Part shown: piece by piece, positions 50,480-59,543 of the stretch | How positions within the stretch are numbered: the first letter of the stretch is position 1 | Layout of the letters: every line of letters begins with the position of its first letter | Assembly: GCA_964585935.1 (NCBI GenBank) | Contig: CAZPFO010000002.1 | Location: 7,465-71,464 of the forward strand | DNA: 64,000 nucleotides | DNA from: an uncultured Methanosarcinales archaeon | GTDB lineage: Archaea; Nanobdellota; Nanobdellia; Woesearchaeales; GW2011-AR4 | Direction of reading: 5' to 3' | Notes under the pieces: model-generated | What the model was told of the DNA's origin: nothing | Databases searched by the model: none | Seen by the model: the letters and a program-made list of their open reading frames with translations, nothing else | Made by a program: the position numbers and the translations under genes

Positions 50480-50700
50480 AAATCAATAAAAAATTATCAA
50501 TAGTATAATTTATCATTAGGTGCACAAACACTGCACAATAAGTTGTGAGCGTGTATGTGCAGTCATTTTTTTATTTTAAATATTTAATAACAAATAAAAA
50601 AACTCAGATAATGAAAGCACAAATAATTGTGACTGTAGAACATAAACAATGATTAGAAATTCAAATGATAAATTAAAATAATAAAATTGATTAATAAATT
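50480..50700 (+). repeat. structured intergenic element copy 3 (subtype A; core 50512-50653)
   Basis: ATCATTAGGTGCACAAACACTGCACA...TGTGCAGTCATTTTTTT...AAAAAAACTCAGATAATGAAAGCACAAATAATTGTG...AATGAT. Confidence 0.9.
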
Positions 50701-50720
50701 AAATTCTAAATTAAAGTAAA

Positions 50721-52613
50721 ATGAGCGAAATAATCAAGGAAATTATGCAGAATCTTCCAAGGGAGAAAATATCTGCAGCGAATTTTGAAGGTGCTAATAT
50801 TGTTCTTTATACAAAGGACAAGGATTTTTTTCTCAACAACAACGGCATGATCAAGGAAGTAGTTGACAGGATAAAGAAAAGGGTGGAGTTAAGGCCGGAT
50901 CCTGCAATAACAATGGATATGGAAAAGGCAGAAAAAGAGATTAAAAAGATAATCCCTGAAGAAGCAGGAATTGATGAAGTCATATTTGACCCTCAGAGAA
51001 GCAGAGTTATCATAGAGTCTGAAAAACCTGGATTGGCCATAGGAAAGCAGGGAGCAATTTTGAGAGATATAAGGGCAAAGACATTATGGGTGCCTTTAAT
51101 CAGGAGAAAGCCCGCTATAAAGTCAAAGATTATTGAGAATATAAGGGCTGTCCTTTATCAGAATTCTGAGTATAGGAGAAAGTTCCTTGATAAAGTAGGC
51201 CATAGGATTTATGATGGGTGGGTGAGGGAAAAGAAAAATGAGTGGATTAGAGTTTCGTATCTTGGCGGAGGAAGGCAGGTTGGAAGAAGCTGCTTGTTTT
51301 TACAGACACCTGAATCAAGAGTCCTGCTTGATTGCGGGATTAATGTGGCTAGTGATGACAAGGCTTACCCTTATTTAGAAGCGCCTGAATTTGATATAAA
51401 CCAGCTGGATGCTGTTATTGTGAGCCATAGCCATCTGGATCATAGCGGATTTGTGCCTTACCTGTTCAAGTTTGGGTACAGAGGCCCTGTCTACTGCACC
51501 GAGCCAACAAGGGATGTAATGGCCCTTTTAGCTCTAGATTTTATCAAGATACAGCGTTCAGAGGGAAAAGACCCTGTTTATGATGCTGAAGATATTAAAG
51601 AGATGGTAAAGCATACAATAACCCTGGATTATGATGAAGTAAGTGATGTAACGCCTGACGTAAGAATCACCTTGTATAATGCAGGCCATATTTTGGGAAG
51701 CTCTATGGTGCATCTTCATATAGGCAACGGGCTGCATAATCTTCTTTATACCGGAGATATGAAATACGGCAAGACAATGCTGCTGGAGCCTGCTATAACG
51801 CATTTCCCAAGGCTTGAAACATTGATGATAGAGGCTACATATGGCGCCAAAGAAAACGTTTTGCCTCCGCGGCACAAGCCTGAAGAGGAATGCAAGCAGA
51901 TAATCCAGGAAACTATCAAAAGAGGAGGCAAGGTTTTAATTCCTGTTCTTGGAACAGGAAGAGCACAGGAAGTCATGGTCCTGATAGAGAGCATGGTAAG
52001 AAGGGGGCTGATTGATAATATCCCTGTCTATATTGACGGCCTGGTGTGGGACATAACTGCAATACATACTGCTTATCCAGAGTACCTGAACAACATGGTA
52101 AGAAAATTAATATTCCATAAAGACCAGAATCCTTTTTTATCTGAGATTTTCAAAAGGGTCGGCAGCCAGAAAGAGAGGAAGGAGATCATTGAAGAAGGAG
52201 GACCTTGTGTTGTGATTGCAACATCAGGGATGCTGGTTGGCGGGCCTTCAGTTGAATATTTGAAAAATTTTGCAGACAATCCAAAAAATTCAATGATGTT
52301 TGTCTGTTATCAGGGTGAGGGCAGCCTTGGAAGAAGAATACAGAGAGGCGAAAAGGAATTTAATTTAGGAAGCGTAGCAAAGCCTGAGATGCTGAATATT
52401 AAGCTTGATGTCCATACAATAGAGGGCTTTACAGGACATTCGGGAAGAAATGAGCTGATGAATTTTGTTTCGAGATGCGAACCAAGGCCTAAAAAAATTA
52501 TTATAAACCACGGAGAAAACTCCAAATGTCTGGATTTGGCCAGTTCTTTGCATAAAAGCTACAGGGTTGAAACGAATGCTCCAAGGTGTTTGGAGACTGT
52601 AAGGATAAAATAA
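50721..52613 (+). CDS. fttA: beta-CASP ribonuclease aCPSF1 / termination factor FttA
   Basis: Two KH domains, VGRSC, SHSHLDH, AGHILGS, FTGHS. Confidence 0.97.
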   Translation: MSEIIKEIMQNLPREKISAANFEGANIVLYTKDKDFFLNNNGMIKEVVDRIKKRVELRPDPAITMDMEKAEKEIKKIIPEEAGIDEVIFDPQRSRVIIESEKPGLAIGKQGAILRDIRAKTLWVPLIRRKPAIKSKIIENIRAVLYQNSEYRRKFLDKVGHRIYDGWVREKKNEWIRVSYLGGGRQVGRSCLFLQTPESRVLLDCGINVASDDKAYPYLEAPEFDINQLDAVIVSHSHLDHSGFVPYLFKFGYRGPVYCTEPTRDVMALLALDFIKIQRSEGKDPVYDAEDIKEMVKHTITLDYDEVSDVTPDVRITLYNAGHILGSSMVHLHIGNGLHNLLYTGDMKYGKTMLLEPAITHFPRLETLMIEATYGAKENVLPPRHKPEEECKQIIQETIKRGGKVLIPVLGTGRAQEVMVLIESMVRRGLIDNIPVYIDGLVWDITAIHTAYPEYLNNMVRKLIFHKDQNPFLSEIFKRVGSQKERKEIIEEGGPCVVIATSGMLVGGPSVEYLKNFADNPKNSMMFVCYQGEGSLGRRIQRGEKEFNLGSVAKPEMLNIKLDVHTIEGFTGHSGRNELMNFVSRCEPRPKKIIINHGENSKCLDLASSLHKSYRVETNAPRCLETVRIK

Positions 52614-52651
52614 TCAAAATCTTTTTATTCTATTTAATCAAAAATACTTAA

Positions 52652-53377
52652 ATGGCCGGTAAAAAGAGTGTGAAATTTTTTTCTTCAAAAGAAGAAAGGA
52701 GAACTGCATTACAGGTTCTGGTTTTAATTGCTGCATTTTTTGCTTTATTGGCTATATTGAGTTATCCTCTTCTGCCTTTATTCAAAGATGCAGTCAGATT
52801 GAGAGCTATAGTACAGGGCTTTGGCTTTTTTGGGCCTGCTTTCTTTATTTTACTGCAGGTCTTGCAGGTGTTAATAGCGCCAGTCCCTGGGCAGGCAGCT
52901 GGCTTTGTCAGCGGCTACATATTCGGGGTTTTCCCGGGAACTGTTTATACCATGATTGGCACCACCATTGGATCATATATCGCCTTTATTTTGGCAAGAA
53001 AATTTGGAAGGCCGTTTGTTGAAAAAGCCATCAGCAAGAGTTTATTGAAAAAATTTGACTATGTATCAAAAAGCAAAGGCGTATTTGCGCTTTTTTTGAT
53101 ATTTCTACTTCCAGCACTGCCTGATGATGCGATTTGTTTTATAGCCGGCTTGACAAAAATAAGGATAAGGGTTCTGGTTTTGATTGCTTTCCTTGGAAGG
53201 CTGCCTGGATTTTTTATATTGAATCTAGTTGGCAATGGGATGGCGCTTTCGCAATGGGAAACATCAGTTATAATATTCAGTTTGATGATTTTTGTTTCTT
53301 TGATTATATTTTTGTTCAGGAAACAGTTAGAAGATCATACAAATAATATTATTAAAAATAATTTTAAGGGAAAATAA
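52652..53377 (+). other. VTT/DedA (TVP38) family membrane protein
   Basis: QVLIAPVPGQ...F.LAR.FGR...LPALPDD. Confidence 0.92.
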
Positions 53378-53667
53378 AAAAATCAATCAATGTTAAAATA
53401 ATCAATAAAAAAAGAAATCAGGATAATCAATAAAAAACAAAAAAATTAACCAATGGGTGCACAAACACTGCTTCACTAGTTGTGAGCGCGGATATGCAGT
53501 CGTTTTTTGATTTAATTTTTTTAAAACAAATAAAAATCGATAAAAAACGCAGATGATGAAAGCGCAAATAATTGTGCGTGTGGAACATTACCATTGATTG
53601 GATAATTATTGATAAAAAATCTAATTTTATCCAAATATTTAAATAAAAATCCTGTTTCTGCTTTTTC
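53378..53667 (+). repeat. structured intergenic element copy 4 (subtype A; core 53449-53598)
   Basis: ACCAATGGGTGCACAAACACTGC...GCAGTCGTTTTTT...AAAAAACGCAGATGATGAAAGCGCAAATAATTGTGCGTGTGGAACATTACCATTG. Confidence 0.9.
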
Positions 53668-54561
53668 ATGGAAGAAGAAGTCAAAAATAAGTATATCAAA
53701 GCAGGGAAGATAGCTGCCCAGGTTTTAGAGTACGGCAAGGGGTTGATTAAAAAAGGCAATTCTTTATTGGATGTTGCTGAGAAAACTGAAAATAAGATAT
53801 TTGAGTTAGGGGCAAAGCCTGCTTTTCCTGTCCAGATGTCCATGAATCATGTTGCTGCCCATTCCTGCCCTGAAGAGGATGATAAGACTATGTTTGATGA
53901 GCAGGTTGTTTGCCTGGATGTAGGGGTTCATATTGGCGGTTATATAGGAGATAATGCATGCACAGTTGACTTATCAGGAAATTATGGGGATTTAGTTAAA
54001 GCGTCAGGAGAAGCGTTAGATGAGGCAATTAAGGTTGTCAAGGAGGGAATTACTTTGGGGGAGATAGGCAGGGCCATACATGACACTATTGTAAAATACG
54101 GCTTCAGCCCTGTGAGGAATTTATCAGGGCATGGCTTAGATGAATTCAAGCAGCATACAAAGCCTTCTATACCTAATTTTGATACCCAGGATAAGACTAA
54201 AATTGAGAAAGGGATGGTATTTGCGATTGAGCCTTTTGCTTCCACAGGCTCTGGAATTGTGCAAGACTCAGGCACGGGGAGTGTTTATGCTCTTGTGAAT
54301 ATGAAGCCTGTAAGAAGCCAAATAACAAGGGATGTTTTAAAGGAAATTAATGGTTATGATGGATTGCCGTTTGCAAAAAGGTGGCTGACAAAAAAGTTTG
54401 GTGTTAAGGCAAATTTTGCATTAAGGGAATTGCTGCAGAGAAATATCATCAGGGATTACAAGCCTTTGGCAGACAGCGCAAAAGGGATTGTTTCACAGGC
54501 TGAACATTCTCTGATGATTGATGATGATGGAAAAGTTATAATAACAACAAAACCAGATTAA
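53668..54561 (+). CDS. map: type II methionine aminopeptidase
   Basis: PAFP, AAH, DVGVH..GYIGD, LSGH, AIEPF, QAEH. Confidence 0.97.
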   Translation: MEEEVKNKYIKAGKIAAQVLEYGKGLIKKGNSLLDVAEKTENKIFELGAKPAFPVQMSMNHVAAHSCPEEDDKTMFDEQVVCLDVGVHIGGYIGDNACTVDLSGNYGDLVKASGEALDEAIKVVKEGITLGEIGRAIHDTIVKYGFSPVRNLSGHGLDEFKQHTKPSIPNFDTQDKTKIEKGMVFAIEPFASTGSGIVQDSGTGSVYALVNMKPVRSQITRDVLKEINGYDGLPFAKRWLTKKFGVKANFALRELLQRNIIRDYKPLADSAKGIVSQAEHSLMIDDDGKVIITTKPD

Positions 54562-54592
54562 TTTTTAAATAAAAAATAATGCTTGATTAAAA

Positions 54593-54904
54593 ATGACAGA
54601 AAAAATATATGAAACCGCATCACAGTTATTTGAAATATTAGTAAAATCAAAAGATAGGGTTAATTTATCAGTAAATGAACGCAATTTTTTACTGAAGTCT
54701 ATTTACGGATTAAATGATTGTATAAAAAGCTCAGAACTGATTGATGTGTCTAGGATTGAAACAATAATAGGATTAATTAAAAATGGATCTTCTTCGCATA
54801 TGGGTGATGTAAAATACACCAATAGTGAAAAACAGAGTTACTATCGGCAATTATATAATGCATGTTGCGTTGTTCAAGAAAGTATTGATAATCAAAGGAC
54901 CTAA
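54593..54904 (+). CDS. hypothetical protein
   Basis: 103-aa ORF; no motif recognised. Confidence 0.55.
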   Translation: MTEKIYETASQLFEILVKSKDRVNLSVNERNFLLKSIYGLNDCIKSSELIDVSRIETIIGLIKNGSSSHMGDVKYTNSEKQSYYRQLYNACCVVQESIDNQRT

Positions 54905-56172
54905 GGAATATTCTCTTTAATCTCAGCAGCAGTTAAAAGCTTTTCTTCTCCTGTTTTCATATTTTTCAATTTAACTTTGCCTTGTTTTAATTCCTCTTCA
55001 CCTATAAACAGAACGTAAGGAATGTTCAGGGAATTAGCATACTTTAAATTCTTGCTTGGGCCCTTGCCAGCCAGGTCAATATCAACATTAACGCCTTCTC
55101 TTCTCAGCTCTTCTGCTATCTTCATGCTTTCATCGAATGTGTTTATGGGTATGATATAAACCTGAGTTACTGTTTTTTTCTCTTCCTTGTTTTTTTCAAG
55201 ATAAGCATCATAAATCCTGTCCAGACCAAACGAAATTCCAACAGCAGGATAATCTCCCCTGCCTAAAAAGTCGCCAATCATCTTATCATATCTACCGCCT
55301 GCACAGACTGCGCTTTTTACTTTGGAGTTTTTCAGGAAGACTTCAATTACTGTTTCTGTATAATAACTTAATCCTCTTGCAAGAGAAGCATCAAATTCAA
55401 CATCAATATTTAACGATTTAAGAGAATTTAATAACCGCTCTATTTCATCTAAACTCTCAGAGTTTTTTATTATTTTTTTTAATTTTTTAATTTTTTCGTT
55501 ATTGGAACCTTTTATACTGATTGTTTTTAATATTTGATTGGTTGTTTTTTCATTGATCTTTTTCTCTTTTAATTCTTTTTTAACTGATTCTAAACCAAAT
55601 TTTTCGAGTTTGTCTATTGATAGAATTGTCTCTTCGATTTTGCTCTTATCAACTTTACAGTATTTCAAGATGTCATTCAATAATTTCCTGTTGTTGATCT
55701 TGATGGTGAAATCAAAACTCAGTTTTTTGAATACTAAATCTGTTAAGGACACTAGCTCAGCTTCTGCTGTCATTTCCTTACACCCTATAATGTCTACATC
55801 GCATTGAGTAAATTGTCTGTATCTTGCAGATTCAACTGGACCATCACGGAAAACTTTCCCAATTTGGTATCTTTTAAAGGGCAATTTTAAATTTGGATTA
55901 GAACCAACAAATCTTGCTAAGGGTACTGTTAAGTCATACCTTAAACCAAGATCCCTATTTCCCTGATCTTTAAGCTTGAATGTTTCTTTAAGAATTTCTG
56001 CTCCTCCGGCATACTTTGAAGCTAAGATATCATACCTTTCAGAGGTAGGGGTTTCCAAAGGAGGGTAGCCGTAAAGCTCAAAAGTGCTTTTTAGAGTATC
56101 AACTATCTTATTCCTCATTATCATCTCCTCGGGATTGAAATCCCGCGTTCCTTTTGGTAATTGGAGTTTCAT
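54901..56172 (-). CDS. hisS: histidine--tRNA ligase
   Basis: PKGTRD, LRYDLTVP, RYRQFTQCD, LARGLSYY, GGRYD. Confidence 0.98.
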   Translation of the reverse strand: MKLQLPKGTRDFNPEEMIMRNKIVDTLKSTFELYGYPPLETPTSERYDILASKYAGGAEILKETFKLKDQGNRDLGLRYDLTVPLARFVGSNPNLKLPFKRYQIGKVFRDGPVESARYRQFTQCDVDIIGCKEMTAEAELVSLTDLVFKKLSFDFTIKINNRKLLNDILKYCKVDKSKIEETILSIDKLEKFGLESVKKELKEKKINEKTTNQILKTISIKGSNNEKIKKLKKIIKNSESLDEIERLLNSLKSLNIDVEFDASLARGLSYYTETVIEVFLKNSKVKSAVCAGGRYDKMIGDFLGRGDYPAVGISFGLDRIYDAYLEKNKEEKKTVTQVYIIPINTFDESMKIAEELRREGVNVDIDLAGKGPSKNLKYANSLNIPYVLFIGEEELKQGKVKLKNMKTGEEKLLTAAEIKENIP

Positions 56173-56243
56173 TTTAACATTCTCTTATTTAGCTGGTTTA
56201 TAAAATTTGTGATGATTATACTCCTCTAAGCATCAATATAGAA

Positions 56244-57239
56244 CTATTTTATTATTTGGGAAGGATCTAATCTCACAATATCATCTGCGCCATGTCTTTT
56301 AAGTCCATAAGCTATATTCAACCATTTTGATTTTAGAATTTCAATACCTATTTGCAAATAGTTTCCTTCGTTAGCTGTGATAGTTGGTTCTTTTGTATAT
56401 AATTTTTCTCTTCTTAAATATTTCAACATCTGCTCTTTTTTCTTGTTAGGTATATTAAAAACAATATAATCAGTTTTTCTTGCTTTTACAACACCATCAA
56501 GCATTGTTTTTATAAAATCAATTTTTTTATTTTTCCAAGGATCTCTTAAAGCCTCTTCTGTGGTATAAAGTACTGCACTTGATTCTATTAAAGTATCAAT
56601 TGCTTTTAAGTTATTCTCATCTAAGGTTTTACCAGAAGATGAGCATTCTACAATAAAATCCGCTGATTGTTTGGGATTAACAGCTGATTCTGTAGCACCA
56701 TAAGAATCATTTATTATTAATCTTGTATTTTTACCTATTTTTCCAAATTTGGATACGATCATTGGTTTTCCTTGATTGAATAGTTCTCGATATTTCTTAT
56801 TTTTATAGATTTTATCTTGAGTTATAAAAGGGTATTCTGTATCACATCTCACAATATTTTTTTTTGATACTCTTTTAAGATATGAATTTAAATTTCTGAC
56901 ATTTAAGGTATCTGGTACTGCTACTACCAGATTTGCATATCCATATTCTAAATCAGATATCTTATCCAGTCCAAACCCTGCTAATCTCCACTCTTCTGCT
57001 ATATCCTGCCCTAATATAGCTAAATCAAAAACTCCATCTCGCAGTTCTCTAGGCATATTTTGGGGCCTGTCAACAATTACTTCTAATTCTGGATCATTTT
57101 TTATTTCGGGGGAATAAGATCTAGAAGAAGGGGAATAACCTCTAATATCAAAGCCTGCTTGTTTTAATAAAGCTTCAGTACTCCATCTATCTTTATCATT
57201 TAAGCTTCCTTTTGGTAATGCAAATCTAAGTTTCCCCAT
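56244..57239 (-). CDS. hisG: ATP phosphoribosyltransferase (long, divergent)
   Basis: ALPKGSL, DLAILGQD..EE, YGATE, SSGKTL..NNL, C-terminal regulatory domain. Confidence 0.85.
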   Translation of the reverse strand: MGKLRFALPKGSLNDKDRWSTEALLKQAGFDIRGYSPSSRSYSPEIKNDPELEVIVDRPQNMPRELRDGVFDLAILGQDIAEEWRLAGFGLDKISDLEYGYANLVVAVPDTLNVRNLNSYLKRVSKKNIVRCDTEYPFITQDKIYKNKKYRELFNQGKPMIVSKFGKIGKNTRLIINDSYGATESAVNPKQSADFIVECSSSGKTLDENNLKAIDTLIESSAVLYTTEEALRDPWKNKKIDFIKTMLDGVVKARKTDYIVFNIPNKKKEQMLKYLRREKLYTKEPTITANEGNYLQIGIEILKSKWLNIAYGLKRHGADDIVRLDPSQIIK

Positions 57240-57305
57240 TTCACTAATCTTAATTTGTTCCTATTTATAAATCTTTTGGTTTTGTAACCACTAATAAGTA
57301 AAGAA

Positions 57306-58016
57306 TTAGAATAATTCTGCCAAATCACTAAAATCCCCAATCTTCAAGTCTCCGTTCATCTTATAGCCTATGAAGAACATACCTGCGTTTTTTGCTGCTC
57401 CTTTGTCGTTTATTGTGTCTCCGACCAAGACTGCTTCCCGGGGCTCTATATTTAATCTTTTGCACGCCTCTAATAAAGAATCAGGCTGCGGTTTTCCTTG
57501 ATCTACTTCATTTCCTCCAATAATAGCGTTAAATAAGCTTTTTATCTTATGGTGCTCTAATATTTCGGATGTTGGTTTTTTGTAGCTGTTTGTCACTATG
57601 CCCAGTTTAATATTTTTCTTTTTTAACTTTTCCAGTGTTTCTTTAACATCCGGGTTTAATTTTGTATCTGCCTTAAACTTGCCCATGTTTGAATAGTAAT
57701 GTTTGCTTATTTCTTCTACTGTTTTTCCTTTAAAGTACTGCATGGCATCCTTTTTTATTGAGCCGCCCCATACTTTTTCCATGAATTCTTTTTTTGTTAT
57801 TTTTTGGAGCTTATAGTGCTGCCTTGTATTATTAAAAACATTTAACCATGCATCCAATGAATCAATTATAACCCCGTCTAAATCAAAGATGACTGCCTTT
57901 AATTTATTGGGCTTATGATGCCTCATCATTTTATTATAAGTCCACTGGCCTACGACTACCCAGTAAATTGCCAGGATTGCAGTTATTGACAAAACAAAAA
58001 GCAGAATATCATTCAT
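57306..58016 (-). CDS. HAD-family phosphatase with N-terminal hydrophobic helix
   Basis: IFDLDGVIID, GKPQPD, VGD..ND. Confidence 0.9.
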   Translation of the reverse strand: MNDILLFVLSITAILAIYWVVVGQWTYNKMMRHHKPNKLKAVIFDLDGVIIDSLDAWLNVFNNTRQHYKLQKITKKEFMEKVWGGSIKKDAMQYFKGKTVEEISKHYYSNMGKFKADTKLNPDVKETLEKLKKKNIKLGIVTNSYKKPTSEILEHHKIKSLFNAIIGGNEVDQGKPQPDSLLEACKRLNIEPREAVLVGDTINDKGAAKNAGMFFIGYKMNGDLKIGDFSDLAELF

Positions 58017-58609
58017 TTTTTACCTTTATAACGCCCTCTTTTTTCCACTTTCTCCAGTCTTTTTATTATTTCTTCTGAATTTGATGCTTTCTTTTTATAG
58101 CTTTGAAGGATATTTCTAAAAGAGTTCTCCCAGATTTTATAATGCTTGCTTTCCAGAGCTTCCTTTAATAGATGAAGATCAACTGCTTTGTCTTCTGTTT
58201 TATGGGAAAATGAGCTTAAGCCAAAATCAATAAAATAAATTTCTTTGTTCAATATCATATTTGAAGTCGTCAGGTCCCCATGAATGATGTTGTTGTTATG
58301 CAGGAGAGCAATCTTTTCTCCGATCTCTTTTGATAGGTTTTCAAGGTCTTTTTCCAATATATCTTTTATCAGCGGTCCGGGAATGTTCTCCATGGTTATT
58401 TTTTCTTTTTTGTCTGTTTTGATCAGTTCCGGGGAGGGGAAATTGATCAATGATAATTTTTCAAGTATTTTTGATTCCCGTTTTGTTCTTGATTTTCTCA
58501 GTCTTTCATCTATTTCTTTAATCCTGTATTTTTTTGGGAAACGGTCTTTGACTATTTCGTTATCTTTCAGAAATAATTTAGATTCTGCTCCTTGCGCTAT
58601 TAGTTTCAT
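58013..58609 (-). CDS. bud32: KEOPS complex kinase Bud32
   Basis: QGAE, RTKRE, HGDLTTSN, IDFGL, DKAVDL, RGRY. Confidence 0.97.
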   Translation of the reverse strand: MKLIAQGAESKLFLKDNEIVKDRFPKKYRIKEIDERLRKSRTKRESKILEKLSLINFPSPELIKTDKKEKITMENIPGPLIKDILEKDLENLSKEIGEKIALLHNNNIIHGDLTTSNMILNKEIYFIDFGLSSFSHKTEDKAVDLHLLKEALESKHYKIWENSFRNILQSYKKKASNSEEIIKRLEKVEKRGRYKGKK

Positions 58610-58611
58610 TT

Positions 58612-58955
58612 TTTATCATTAATTTTTGATCATTAGGGAATATTACACCCTCACAATTATTTGTGTATTTTCTTGTTAATTTTCTAAATTATATTATTTG
58701 TTTTGAAAATTTAAAATAAAAAGGAAAATTCCTTGTTTCCACACGTTATAGGAATTTTCAACTTCTTCTGTTGCATTAAAGTTCACATAAAACAATATCA
58801 CTGGCTGATTTTCGTAATTAGCTATGAAATAAAACGAAAATCCTATTTAATTTTTGTTGAATACCTGATAGTTAGCTTAAGGCAATACAAAACTAATTAC
58901 AACTAATTGTGTACTGTTTGTGCACCTAATGGTTTAATTTACTGATTAATTGAAT
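58612..58955 (-). repeat. structured intergenic element copy 6 (subtype B; core 58629-58933)
   Basis: Minus strand ACCATTAGGTGCACAAACAGTACACAATTAGTTGT...multi-stem domain...CACAAATAATTGTG...CCTAATGAT. Confidence 0.85.
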
Positions 58956-58960
58956 TTTAA

Positions 58961-59098
58961 TAGCCCTGCCAGGACTTTCGAGCCATAAATTGCTGCGCAA
59001 TTTAACAGCGTTCGAACCTGGGTCAAAAGGCCCAGAACCTCTTATGCCTAGTCTTCTTAAAGCGTTCTTCAAGAATTTGACCACTACACCACAGGGCT
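58961..59098 (-). tRNA. tRNA-Gln(CUG) with two non-canonical introns (59048-59076 at ~21/22; 58975-59010 at 59/60)
   Basis: A1-U72 acceptor AGCCCTG/CAGGGCT, anticodon arm AGAGG-TTCTGGG-CCTTT, T arm CCAGG-TTCGAA|T-CCTGG; spliced length 73 nt. Confidence 0.93.
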
Positions 59099-59219
59099 AT
59101 AAGATTGAAGTTATTTAATTTGATTTAAAAACTTAACTCTTTTGTTCCAAAACACGGCAAAACTTTTTAAATAAATAAGCATTAGCGACTAAATGTTAAT
59201 GCTTAATGGAGGTATCTGA

Positions 59220-59540
59220 ATGCCTGATATTCATGCAACATACAATGGAGACAGGGTAGATGGTAATTATAGACTCCCCCAGGGACAAAAAGATTCGATA
59301 TCCAGCATAAAACAGTCTACAGGGAAATTAAATCTTGATCTTGGGTCAGCAGTCAATCAGATGGTCAGCGCAATAGGGGAGTTGGAGAAAGGGGATGCTA
59401 CTATTGCAAGAGTATTGGCGCAGAGAGGCATATACGGCCTTGATTTAAAATATAAAGATGCTCAGTTAACTGCTGTCCATAATGTCAATGGCAATCTTCT
59501 CAGAATTTGTGTTTCTCCATCATTTAAGGGTGGAGATTAA
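59220..59540 (+). CDS. hypothetical protein
   Basis: GGAGGT SD; 106-aa ORF. Confidence 0.75.
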   Translation: MPDIHATYNGDRVDGNYRLPQGQKDSISSIKQSTGKLNLDLGSAVNQMVSAIGELEKGDATIARVLAQRGIYGLDLKYKDAQLTAVHNVNGNLLRICVSPSFKGGD

Positions 59541-59543
59541 TAA

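Noticed and set aside
53478-53490. AGTTGTGAGCGC resembles the lac operator half-site
   Set aside because: Half-site only, varies among copies, and there is no LacI-type gene; treated as coincidence.
53500-53580. Hammerhead-like words in the subtype A element (GTC...CAGATGA-T-GAAA)
   Set aside because: The core reads CAGAUGA rather than CUGAUGA, stem II is absent, and copy 1 lacks the motif.
53427-53843. Minus-strand track ORFs over the repeats (also 37689..37895, 39868..40278, 40112..40378)
   Set aside because: Low-complexity Phe/Ile-rich translations of the non-coding element; frames and lengths are not conserved between copies.
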